DNA from: an archaeon
GTDB taxonomy: Archaea; Nanobdellota; Nanobdellia; Pacearchaeales; GW2011-AR1
Direction: 5' to 3'
Length of the DNA: 64,000 bases
NCBI GenBank assembly: GCA_027343665.1
Contig: DAHWKL010000002.1
Coordinates: forward strand, 193,544-257,543
Within the stretch, counting starts at the first letter, position 1, and each line of letters begins with the position of its first letter. Positions 46,450 to 55,000 of the stretch are shown here, piece after piece. The notes below the pieces were generated by a model. That model did no database searches and was not told the origin of the DNA. It worked only from the letters and a program-made list of their open reading frames with translations. The position numbers and the translations under genes were made by a program.

Positions 46450-47187
46450 ATGAAAAAGCCATATGAGAAGCTTCTGGGAAAGATAGGTGACCTTAAGATT
46501 TGGATTGTTGACGGAAAATACATTCGCGACAAGCTTAATGAAGAATTCACAAATTGCGGAGAACATTACTCATTTAGATTCATACCAAAAAATGAACTTT
46601 GGCTTGATCATGAATTCGGGACAAAAGATGAGAAATATTATATAGATTATATCCTCACAGAATATGAGCTCATGAAAAATGGCGTTCCTTATCATGAAGC
46701 ATTAAAACAGGGAGATCTTTTACAAGAAAGAGAACGTGCCAAAGAAAAAGAATTCAAAAATCTGGAAAAACTTAAAGAAAAAAGAGATTATGAACTCATT
46801 GATAAAATACACAAAAAGCTCTTAAAAGAATATAGCAATCACCTCAAAGTATGGATTGTCAACGGAAAAATAGTCCGGGATGTATTTTTTGTGGATTACG
46901 TTGAAGGAGGACACGACAAAGTTTATTCGTTCATTCCTTATGGGGAGATATGGATAGACGACGATATCTCACAAAAAGAAAGAAAGTATATCCTGCTACA
47001 TGAAGCTCATGAGAGATATTTAATGTCAAAAGGAGAGAACTACCGCACTGCACATTTTAACTCATCAAAGCTCGAGCATAGCTATAGGTTAGGGAGAAAA
47101 GGACTTGACAAAGAGCTTAAGAAAGAGCTTGAGAAAAACGATGAATTAATAAAAGAAAAAGAAGAAAAGGGGTATATGAATTACTAG
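46450..47187 (+). CDS. hypothetical protein with duplicated domain and HExxE(H) metal-binding motif
   Basis: LKIWIVDGK...FIPKNELWLD vs LKVWIVNGK...FIPYGEIWIDD; LLHEAHER...AH. Confidence 0.7.
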   Translation: MKKPYEKLLGKIGDLKIWIVDGKYIRDKLNEEFTNCGEHYSFRFIPKNELWLDHEFGTKDEKYYIDYILTEYELMKNGVPYHEALKQGDLLQERERAKEKEFKNLEKLKEKRDYELIDKIHKKLLKEYSNHLKVWIVNGKIVRDVFFVDYVEGGHDKVYSFIPYGEIWIDDDISQKERKYILLHEAHERYLMSKGENYRTAHFNSSKLEHSYRLGRKGLDKELKKELEKNDELIKEKEEKGYMNY

Positions 47188-47657
47188 CCTAAAAGATTCA
47201 AGATATTTACAAAAATTGCCTGTGAGATTAAGATTATATCTGCAACTCCAAGGATAATGAAAAGGGAATTTTCCGCTACTCCGCCTGTTTTTATGAATCC
47301 TTTGATCTTGAATTTAAAAGGGTAGAAGATTCTCAATCCTTGTTTAGTCAAGAGGTCTCCGAAAAGATGGATCCCATAACCAATAATAAATCCCAAAGAG
47401 ATTAAAGGAGAATAAAATTTTAATATCACGCCTATCAAAACGAGGAAGAAAAGGCTGTGGATTACTCCCCTGTGTTTTGTGAAAGCGGTGATTACTCTGG
47501 AAGAAAATTTCTTACCTATTTTTGAACTGTAAGAATCAATGTCCGGGATAAAAGAAGAAACAACCACAATAACAAGGAAAAGAGCAGGATTTGATACTGA
47601 TTTCATTAAGACAAGACCCGCAAGAAGAGACATGACAAAGTGGGTTCGAGAGAGCAT
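47184..47657 (-). CDS. YdjM-family membrane-bound metal-dependent hydrolase
   Basis: TH, PDID, HRGVIHS, HLFGD. Confidence 0.88.
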   Translation of the reverse strand: MLSRTHFVMSLLAGLVLMKSVSNPALFLVIVVVSSFIPDIDSYSSKIGKKFSSRVITAFTKHRGVIHSLFFLVLIGVILKFYSPLISLGFIIGYGIHLFGDLLTKQGLRIFYPFKFKIKGFIKTGGVAENSLFIILGVADIILISQAIFVNILNLLG

Positions 47658-47687
47658 TAATTCAAGAATAAAAAGAAATTTATAACT

Positions 47688-48608
47688 TTATTCCAGTTCA
47701 TCAATAAGTCTTTCCACATTGACTTCCTGAACTGAATCGACAATTAATTCTGGATTGTTGAAATAGGAGTTCATTCTCACATTTCCTCCAAACACCATCT
47801 CTTTACCAAGGAGGCCAGCTTTCTGGGCCGCAATTTTTTCAGGGTCATCATATTCTGTAAGTCCGAGTTTCTGAACCATTTCATGGAAGAGGACAGCGCG
47901 TGTACTTTCCGTACCATCATCTATTACAATGTTTAATATCGCACGCTTCTCAGTCGGAATGCCTGATGCAATCTCTTCATCCGTCGCTTTCTTTCCAGTC
48001 TCCAAATTTGCATTGAAAAATCTCGGATCAAAAGCTTGGACAATGAAAGCTCGGGTGTTCACCTTATCTCCGACATTGAATTCCTTTATGTCTTTCTTCT
48101 TGACGGGTTTCTCAATCTTGACATTCGGAAATTCTTCATCGCTGAGTTTTAATTCGGCAAAGCTCCCCATGTGAACTTCCCCCTGCCTCATGCTTCCGGA
48201 TAAAACTTCGATTGCAACGCCTTCCGTAATAGCTCCTTTCTCAATCATATCTATATGATTTATATCCCAAAGAACAAGTTTTATATTTGAAGTGTCATCA
48301 GCAACAATCATATTTACAACTTTCCCCTCCTCCCCATTCTTATTCTTGAAGGTTCTTATAGGATAAAGAGTGATAACTTTTCCGGTAAAATGGACTTTCC
48401 TCATCCCTGGGAGAAGTTCGTCTATTTTAAGTTTCTCATTGTCAAAAGAAATCCCTAATTCAGCGGCAATGACTTGGAGCGCACCTTCTCTGCTTATAAG
48501 ACCAGAAAGTTTGGAACGCTTTGCTTCAACTCTCCTGTCAATCTCCTCTTCTTCTATCCCCGATAGCTTAGATAATTTCGATAAAATCTTCTCGTAACTT
48601 CCATCCAT
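47688..48608 (-). CDS. replication protein A / OB-fold ssDNA-binding protein (DUF2240 N-terminus)
   Basis: SGLISREGALQVIAAELG, ADDTSNIKLVLW, second OB IDDGTE. Confidence 0.85.
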   Translation of the reverse strand: MDGSYEKILSKLSKLSGIEEEEIDRRVEAKRSKLSGLISREGALQVIAAELGISFDNEKLKIDELLPGMRKVHFTGKVITLYPIRTFKNKNGEEGKVVNMIVADDTSNIKLVLWDINHIDMIEKGAITEGVAIEVLSGSMRQGEVHMGSFAELKLSDEEFPNVKIEKPVKKKDIKEFNVGDKVNTRAFIVQAFDPRFFNANLETGKKATDEEIASGIPTEKRAILNIVIDDGTESTRAVLFHEMVQKLGLTEYDDPEKIAAQKAGLLGKEMVFGGNVRMNSYFNNPELIVDSVQEVNVERLIDELE

Positions 48609-48719
48609 CGCGTAAAAAATTCATCAAGCTTTTTAAGCATTTTGCAAATTTTGGAGTGATAATGAGAAATATCTTTTCCAAAAATAAAGTTTTATAAACC
48701 CTTCAGGGTTTTTTGTAAA

Positions 48720-48992
48720 ATGACGGGAGTAAACGGAGCAAAGTTCAAAATTATGCCTGATTCGCCCCAAGCAGATCTGAAAAAGATAGAAGAAAAGGCA
48801 AAAAGTGTAGTTGAAAAGTTCGGGGGGACAAACAAAGGGTATACGGTAGAGCCTATAGCCTTTGGACTCAAAGCTATTATTGCTTTCTTTTTTTACCCGG
48901 ATAACAAAAGTGTCGACGGACTTGTGGACGAATTCCAAAAAATAGAAAATGTTTCCTCAGCTGAACTTGTGGACATGAGGAAAGTTGCCTGA
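48720..48992 (+). CDS. ef1b: elongation factor 1-beta
   Basis: KIMPDSP, EPIAFGLKA. Confidence 0.9.
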   Translation: MTGVNGAKFKIMPDSPQADLKKIEEKAKSVVEKFGGTNKGYTVEPIAFGLKAIIAFFFYPDNKSVDGLVDEFQKIENVSSAELVDMRKVA

Positions 48993-49035
48993 CAACTCGC
49001 TAAATACTTATATAATCTAAATTCTTAGACCTAAA

Positions 49036-49686
49036 ATGCCTGAACTCAAAAAAGACCTTGAAAATATAAAGCAGAAATTGACAGAGCATATTAAATCAAA
49101 TTATGATCCGGAAAAAGCTGAGGAATTTCTGTCAAATATAAATTCGATGTCTGAAGAAGAATTTGTATTTTTCCTAAAAGAACAAGGGCTCATAAAAAAA
49201 GGGGACGAGAAACAACGATGCATTTTCTGCTCAATTGTTTTCGGTGATGTGCCTTCTACAAAGATAGGAGAGAATGAAAAAGCAATAGCAATCCTTGATC
49301 TCAATCCTGCATCATTGGGGCATTCTCTGATAATCCCAAAAGAACACATAGAATCACAGGAAAAAATACCGGGAGAAGCGGGGAAGCTCGCACTTGAGAC
49401 CAAAGGGAAACTTGAAAGGACATTTAATCCAAAAAAAGTGGAAATGATTGCTTCAAATATAATGGGGCATGAGATAATAAATATTCTTCCAGTATACCAG
49501 AATGAATCATTGGATTCCGAGAGAAAAAAGATGTCTCAGGATGACCTTGAAAAGATAAAAGAAACTATAGAGAAAAAAATCAGTGAGGAGGATCCTACTG
49601 AAGAAGAAGTCCTAGAGGAGAAAAAGGAAAAACCTGCTGAAGAGATAAATGAAAAAAACACCTGGCTGCCTAAAAGATTGCCTTAG
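49036..49686 (+). CDS. HIT-fold protein lacking the histidine triad
   Basis: CIFC, LDLNPASLGHSLIIPKEH; triad position reads HEIINILP. Confidence 0.8.
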   Translation: MPELKKDLENIKQKLTEHIKSNYDPEKAEEFLSNINSMSEEEFVFFLKEQGLIKKGDEKQRCIFCSIVFGDVPSTKIGENEKAIAILDLNPASLGHSLIIPKEHIESQEKIPGEAGKLALETKGKLERTFNPKKVEMIASNIMGHEIINILPVYQNESLDSERKKMSQDDLEKIKETIEKKISEEDPTEEEVLEEKKEKPAEEINEKNTWLPKRLP

Positions 49687-50714
49687 ATTCCAATTATCTT
49701 TGAGAAGTACTGGAAAAATCCTATTACATAAGAGAGGATTAGAGTTATCAAGCTGATCAAAAACACAGGAGCAAAAGCAAGGCCTCTCCTTACAAAAACC
49801 TGCTTCTTTTTTTTCAGAATTTTTATTTCTTCTTCACTTAATCCGTCCCAACTTGCTTTTATTGTTTTCCCACCCACTTTCACATCTCTATAAAGCCAAT
49901 CACCCGGAGTCAAAGCTGAAATCGAGACTTTTTTGATCATGCAAGATTCGTCGACAGATTCCAAAAAAAGATAAAAATAAGGGAAAATAAAAACAAAAAT
50001 TCCTAGATAAGCAAAAAAAGGATCGTTTAATCCCATAAAGATAAATATTACTGCAAAGATATCAAATATAATTATCAAAAACTTTTTTTCGAAAAACAAT
50101 TTTAAAAATCTACCTTTGAAGCTCTTAAAATTCTTTAAACTTAGGTAGAGGCTCATCAGAATCCCGTACAAAGAGCCGGATATAAGAAAGATTATTATGA
50201 AAAAGAACATGAATTCGAGATTTTGCAAGATTGAGGGAAAAATCGGCAAAACTGCACCAAGAGAGACCATGAGTTTCGCATCGCCGCCGGCAAATGCTCT
50301 ACCATAATTCAAAAGATTCCCAATAAGAAAAAAGATTCCCAATCCCATCAACCCTTCATAAAAAAATGAGAAACCAGGACTTGAAAGAATGGTTGGATTA
50401 GAAAGATATATCCATATAAATACCATAAAAAAAAGAGAAGCTGCAAAAAATCCCGCAATTTCTCCAGATTTAGTTCTGAAAGATGAATCAAAAAAACTTA
50501 TAAAAATCAAGATTCCGAATATTCCGAACATGCCTGCGACTAAAAATCCGCTCCCATCACCTGAGAAAAATGAGTATAAATATCTGAAAGCGAGTGCAAA
50601 GATAACAAGACTAAAATTAAGCCAGTTTGGAATTTCTTTTGTTTTAACATCAGATATTGCGGCAAAAAGGACCCACAAAAAAGCCAATACAAATAAGATT
50701 GCAACTTCTATCAT
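49683..50714 (-). CDS. prepilin peptidase (A24, PibD/EppA-like)
   Basis: SDVKTKEIPN, GGDAKL aspartate motifs; LTPGDWL; AFAPVF. Confidence 0.9.
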   Translation of the reverse strand: MIEVAILFVLAFLWVLFAAISDVKTKEIPNWLNFSLVIFALAFRYLYSFFSGDGSGFLVAGMFGIFGILIFISFFDSSFRTKSGEIAGFFAASLFFMVFIWIYLSNPTILSSPGFSFFYEGLMGLGIFFLIGNLLNYGRAFAGGDAKLMVSLGAVLPIFPSILQNLEFMFFFIIIFLISGSLYGILMSLYLSLKNFKSFKGRFLKLFFEKKFLIIIFDIFAVIFIFMGLNDPFFAYLGIFVFIFPYFYLFLESVDESCMIKKVSISALTPGDWLYRDVKVGGKTIKASWDGLSEEEIKILKKKKQVFVRRGLAFAPVFLISLITLILSYVIGFFQYFSKIIGI

Positions 50715-50745
50715 AGGTTAGATTAGTAAAAAGAGTTTATAAAAA

Positions 50746-50877
50746 TTAATTTTTACCCTCTGAAAAACTCTGAGATTTAATATCAGAACTCCTGAATCTT
50801 CCACCCAACTTGTAGGGGTGCTTCTTTTTTTCTTGTTTTTTGTCCTTCCATTTATTCCTTCTTTCTCCCCTGTCCAT
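50746..50877 (-). CDS. small basic protein (43 aa)
   Basis: Hand translation MDRGERRNKWKDKKQEKKKHPYKLGGRFRSSDIKSQSFSEGKN; TTTAAA about 27 nt upstream. Confidence 0.55.
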   Translation of the reverse strand: MDRGERRNKWKDKKQEKKKHPYKLGGRFRSSDIKSQSFSEGKN

Positions 50878-50932
50878 GAAATAAACAAAACAAACAAATT
50901 TAAATTCTTATCGAAAGAAACGAAAAAGTCGT

Positions 50933-51394
50933 TTAGTTAATCACACATTTCTGCCCTGCAGGAACGTCATTTGCGAGAGCTGTGACATCATATTTGTAAC
51001 CTGTTGCGGATGATGTTATAGTGCCATTCTTTCCGTCAATTATTATCTGGGAACATTTCAGGTTGCAATTAATCGTCGAACATTTGGGAACATTGAACTG
51101 GCTGAAAGTCGCCAAGCCTGAAAAGACATCACAAGATGATTGGACATTCACATTATATTCATTGGCACGAAGAGTTCTTGCGCCAGAGCAATAATCATAA
51201 ACATTATTTGATGAACACGCAAGACTGCAATCCTGAACAACTGTGTCTACATTGCTTGGATTCACAAGACTGCTTATGCTGCTCCAACCTGTCATGAATC
51301 CCCACACAAGAACAACTAAGATTATCAGACCAAGAATCAAGAGCACTATTGTGCTTGTGCTAAGACCCTGCCCTCTCTTGTTTTGCGATGCCAT
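50933..51394 (-). CDS. pilin-like protein, Cys-rich
   Basis: NKRG|QGLSTSTIVLLILG. Confidence 0.85.
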   Translation of the reverse strand: MASQNKRGQGLSTSTIVLLILGLIILVVLVWGFMTGWSSISSLVNPSNVDTVVQDCSLACSSNNVYDYCSGARTLRANEYNVNVQSSCDVFSGLATFSQFNVPKCSTINCNLKCSQIIIDGKNGTITSSATGYKYDVTALANDVPAGQKCVIN

Positions 51395-51447
51395 CTTCTT
51401 AAATAGAGTAAAAAATATTTATAAAACTTCCTATATCAGCAATCGGC

Positions 51448-51819
51448 TCATGGTAAGAATGCAGACGAAGGGATTTGATATTTCACAGAAAAAACAAGTA
51501 CAGGTGATCCTCCTATTATCCCTAAAAACCCACCCTGATTTTCATATTTGCTTTCAGATAAGTATTCTTTCCCACCTTGAACAGTCACATTAAAAAGAGG
51601 ATTGAGTTTTGCTGTCGGAACTTGATGTGACTCAAAGAAAAGATATTGATCCATAAAAGAACTGACATGACTAGTTGAACTTATACCTACAAAAGAGTTG
51701 CTTATATTGAAGTCTGATATGAAAAAAGTTAGGAGTGCAAAAGCACACACTGCAAAAATTCCTATAACCAGAATGGTCACCGGGAGATCTCCCTTCTTTG
51801 AATCTGTTTTTTCTGTCAT
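51448..51819 (-). CDS. pilin-like protein
   Basis: SKKG|DLPVTILVI. Confidence 0.75.
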   Translation of the reverse strand: MTEKTDSKKGDLPVTILVIGIFAVCAFALLTFFISDFNISNSFVGISSTSHVSSFMDQYLFFESHQVPTAKLNPLFNVTVQGGKEYLSESKYENQGGFLGIIGGSPVLVFSVKYQIPSSAFLP

Positions 51820-52160
51820 CTTAAACCGTAATCCAGCATGAATTGCTTTTTTGTCGCATTATAATCTAAACTGAAATTACCTCCTGCTGCCATTTTTTCA
51901 AGAGCATTATCAAGTTGGAGTTGAGATGAGCCTGGCCCTGAAGAGACATAAGTGAATAAGGATTTTTGAAGGAAGAAGTCTGTCGGCTCCTGCTTCTGCG
52001 AAGAAGTTATGCTTTGCCTGAAAGATGTTGTGACGGATTTTGTTCCCCCAAGAAGAGAAGAACCGAATATGAAAAAAATGATGATTACTAAAATAATGAT
52101 AGTTGCAACTATCCACGTCAGAGTCTCTCCCACTTGTCCTTTCGAATTTTTTTTATCCAT
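51816..52160 (-). CDS. pilin-like protein
   Basis: NSKG|QVGETLTWIVATII. Confidence 0.8.
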   Translation of the reverse strand: MDKKNSKGQVGETLTWIVATIIILVIIIFFIFGSSLLGGTKSVTTSFRQSITSSQKQEPTDFFLQKSLFTYVSSGPGSSQLQLDNALEKMAAGGNFSLDYNATKKQFMLDYGLR

Positions 52161-52686
52161 TTGTGTTTTCAGATACCTTGCTTACGACAGCAAGTATTTT
52201 TACTGTATAGATAGTCCCTGAAGAAGTTTTCATAAAAAATTCCTTATTGATGCATTGTGCAAGGTTTTGATTATTGGCTACATTTATGTTACAATCTGGT
52301 CTAAGGTTGCTATTCCCTTCCATAATCCCAAAAGAATTCGCAAAATTGCCCACCCCGTTCGAAAAGTTCACCTCAAGATAATATGGAACCTGAGTGAATT
52401 CTCCTTCGACGCTGAAATTGAGAGAACATATTTTCATGAAATTGTCACGGAAGTCCGGCCTGAAAACCCCTTCTGTTGAAAAGAGGAGAGGATTCACCTG
52501 CCCACCATAATAAATGCAGTTAGCAGCATTATCTGCAAGAATACCTGCCTCGACCTGCCTTACGTCGTAAGGATTCCCATAAAACGCGTTCACCATCAGG
52601 ACAATTCCAACTGCAACTATGACTAGAATTGCAAACCAATACACTGAAATCAGTTTGTCGCCTTTTTTTCCAATTTGCCTTCTCAT
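52153..52686 (-). CDS. pilin-like protein
   Basis: GKKG|DKLISVYWFAIL. Confidence 0.75.
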   Translation of the reverse strand: MRRQIGKKGDKLISVYWFAILVIVAVGIVLMVNAFYGNPYDVRQVEAGILADNAANCIYYGGQVNPLLFSTEGVFRPDFRDNFMKICSLNFSVEGEFTQVPYYLEVNFSNGVGNFANSFGIMEGNSNLRPDCNINVANNQNLAQCINKEFFMKTSSGTIYTVKILAVVSKVSENTNG

Positions 52687-53099
52687 GTTTTCTTAGAGAA
52701 CGTGAAAAAATAAAATCCGTTATATTTCCCGCTATTGTCTTTCTCCGGATAATATCCTGTCACATTTATATTATTAAAAAATTGATAGCTCTTGCTTTTG
52801 CCCTGATCAAGAGTGATTGTAACATATTGACCTTTAACAAGAACAACCTGATCAAAAGGAACTCCGTTTTTATTTGCAACACCAAGAGCACTTTGCATGT
52901 TTACTGTCATCTGCATCCCTGGCCTCGCAGAATCTATAAGGAGAGCAATCTCTTTTGAGTATGCATCCTCAAGGGTTGAGACGCCATTCCCCTGGTTAAT
53001 TAAAAAAATTATAAGTATAGTAAGAAAAAGGACATTAAGGAGAAGAAAAATTATATTCTCCACAAGTATTTCCCCTCTCTTCTGCCTCTTTTTTATCAT
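52683..53099 (-). CDS. pilin-like protein
   Basis: QKRG|EILVENIIFL. Confidence 0.78.
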   Translation of the reverse strand: MIKKRQKRGEILVENIIFLLLNVLFLTILIIFLINQGNGVSTLEDAYSKEIALLIDSARPGMQMTVNMQSALGVANKNGVPFDQVVLVKGQYVTITLDQGKSKSYQFFNNINVTGYYPEKDNSGKYNGFYFFTFSKKT

Positions 53100-53142
53100 A
53101 ATATAGATAGAAAAAAAGAATTAATAAAAGTTATCCTCACAA

Positions 53143-54033
53143 TTAACTTGCGGTAGTTATCTCGCTGCAATTAAGCGCCGTAAACTGTGCAGAATTGACC
53201 TGAATAAGAGACGGGGGAATATATTGATTTCCACTCGCTCCTTCGACAACAGGTGCAACAAAAACCCCTCCAAGAACACCCCCTGCAGTAGCACTACCGG
53301 CAACTGTAAGAACTCCAAGAAGGGAACCGAGACTTAATCCACCGGTAACAGGCGAGAGAACTAATGCTGTAGCAACAACTCCAGCAGCAGCTGCACCGAC
53401 CCCAATCCAACCAAGGGTACTTATTTTGTTTGTAATTCCCATCAGCGAATAATACTCTTTGGTCATATCAACTGTGCCTAAATTTCCTGAATAACTTGTG
53501 ATTCCTGTTAAACCCATATAATCTGCATAAGTCTGTCCGCTGGACATTTTTGCTGTTGAAAGATACTGGTAGAAATCTTTCATGCTGAAGTTAGTGTTTC
53601 CGCCGAAAACTTTGTACACTGAAGGATCAAAAGCTATCTGACTGCAAAGAGAGCAATAAAGATTCTTTGTTATCCCGGAACCGACATAATTTATTTTCCC
53701 CTCACCGAACATCCACCAGCAGTTTGCCATTTGGCCTGCAAGAGCTTGATAAACTGCAGTTTTGTTCCCGACTTTTATTATTATCGGTTTGGTCATAGGA
53801 GCGCAATTCCCATTAGCACTTAAACATACATATTGCCTTTTACAATCTAAGGGAAAAGCACTGGAAGGTACTATTGATGTTCCCCTTTCAACAACAGAAT
53901 TATGGCATATATTCTGGGCATTCTCTCCTCCAAGATTAAGCTTCAGTATGAAAAAAAGTATAACTGCGAAACTCGCAACTAGTATGATTATAATGACAAT
54001 TTGCTGAGTCGTGAGTTCCCCTTTATTATCCAT
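53143..54033 (-). CDS. large pilin-like protein with Cys pairs and C-terminal Gly/Ala-rich hydrophobic segment
   Basis: NKG|ELTTQQIVIII; MANCWWMFGEG; GVGAAAAGVVATAL...GGVLGG. Confidence 0.78.
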   Translation of the reverse strand: MDNKGELTTQQIVIIIILVASFAVILFFILKLNLGGENAQNICHNSVVERGTSIVPSSAFPLDCKRQYVCLSANGNCAPMTKPIIIKVGNKTAVYQALAGQMANCWWMFGEGKINYVGSGITKNLYCSLCSQIAFDPSVYKVFGGNTNFSMKDFYQYLSTAKMSSGQTYADYMGLTGITSYSGNLGTVDMTKEYYSLMGITNKISTLGWIGVGAAAAGVVATALVLSPVTGGLSLGSLLGVLTVAGSATAGGVLGGVFVAPVVEGASGNQYIPPSLIQVNSAQFTALNCSEITTAS

Positions 54034-54135
54034 TCACATCACCCCTAGACTATGAAACAAAGAGTATAATCCTAATAAAGCTATTGCAAAAATGATTATC
54101 CATATGAGGTATTTCACCATTTCATCGAGATCCAT
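54034..54135 (-). CDS. 33-aa single-TM pilin-operon protein
   Basis: Hand translation MDLDEMVKYLIWIIIFAIALLGLYSLFHSLGVM; TGATG overlap upstream, stop abuts next ATG. Confidence 0.75.
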   Translation of the reverse strand: MDLDEMVKYLIWIIIFAIALLGLYSLFHSLGVM

Positions 54136-54641
54136 CAGTTCAACACCTCTATCATTTTTCCGGCTTTAGTGATATTTACCGTTGTTCCGCCATTGCTTAC
54201 ACTTTTTATTCCAAAGGTTCCGAAACTTTTCAGATTCTGGACAGCTATACATGCACCTGTACTGTCGCATTGGCTTATTTGTGAATGTATTGTGATAATT
54301 CCAAGGATGGTACTAGGTGTATCGCATATACAAAGGCAGTCGGCTCCGGCACATAGATTTGGTTTCTGTTGGCTCCCTACAAAGCTCACAAAATTCCATG
54401 ACACGGGTGTTACATCAGGTATGGACTCACTTGCAATCGCACCATTGTTCAGTCTTGATATGATATCCCCTATCCTCCCGACAGTCGACTGGGCTTCTTT
54501 CTGATTCTGAGCGTTCGAATTTGCGTAATATATCGAAAAAAGAAGATAAACCAAAAAGACTATACATATCACTGCAAGAACTATCTTCAGGACTTCACTG
54601 GCTAAAAGCATCCCCCTTTTGTTCAAAATCTTTTTATCCAT
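54135..54641 (-). CDS. pilin-like protein, Cys-rich
   Basis: Start reassigned to MDKKILNKRG|MLLASEVLKIVLAV. Confidence 0.8.
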   Translation of the reverse strand: MDKKILNKRGMLLASEVLKIVLAVICIVFLVYLLFSIYYANSNAQNQKEAQSTVGRIGDIISRLNNGAIASESIPDVTPVSWNFVSFVGSQQKPNLCAGADCLCICDTPSTILGIITIHSQISQCDSTGACIAVQNLKSFGTFGIKSVSNGGTTVNITKAGKMIEVLN

Positions 54642-54804
54642 ATAAAATTCTCCAAAATCCTCCGACACTTGTCGGCGGCGAAAGCCCTTTGAAAAAATCA
54701 GCAACTCTTTGTCCGAAGAAAAGATACAGCCCGATTATTACTGCAATTACAACTAGGACTCCCAAAATTATTTTTATCAACTGATCAATTGTAAGCTCTG
54801 ACAT
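54634..54804 (-). CDS. 56-aa Flp-like pilin lacking a basic leader
   Basis: Hand translation MSELTIDQLIKIILGVLVVIAVIIGLYLFFGQRVADFFKGLSPPTSVGGFWRILYG. Confidence 0.75.
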   Translation of the reverse strand: MSELTIDQLIKIILGVLVVIAVIIGLYLFFGQRVADFFKGLSPPTSVGGFWRILYG

Positions 54805-54956
54805 TATGGTCCTCCGAAAAGATTTTTGAATGCTCCGATAAAAGAATCTCCATTTCCCTTAAGGAAGAAGATTGCTATCATAAGTACCACAAGGATAGCT
54901 ACAGCAATCAAGATCCATGGAAGATATTCCGAAATTATCCCTCTTTTGCTCCTCAT
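54804..54956 (-). CDS. 50-aa Flp-like minimal pilin
   Basis: Hand translation MRSKRG|IISEYLPWILIAVAILVVLMIAIFFLKGNGDSFIGAFKNLFGGP; TTTATTAAA upstream. Confidence 0.8.
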   Translation of the reverse strand: MRSKRGIISEYLPWILIAVAILVVLMIAIFFLKGNGDSFIGAFKNLFGGP

Positions 54957-55000
54957 AGAACAACCAGGGAAAAGGATTTAATAAAGTTTTTGAGAGGGTA

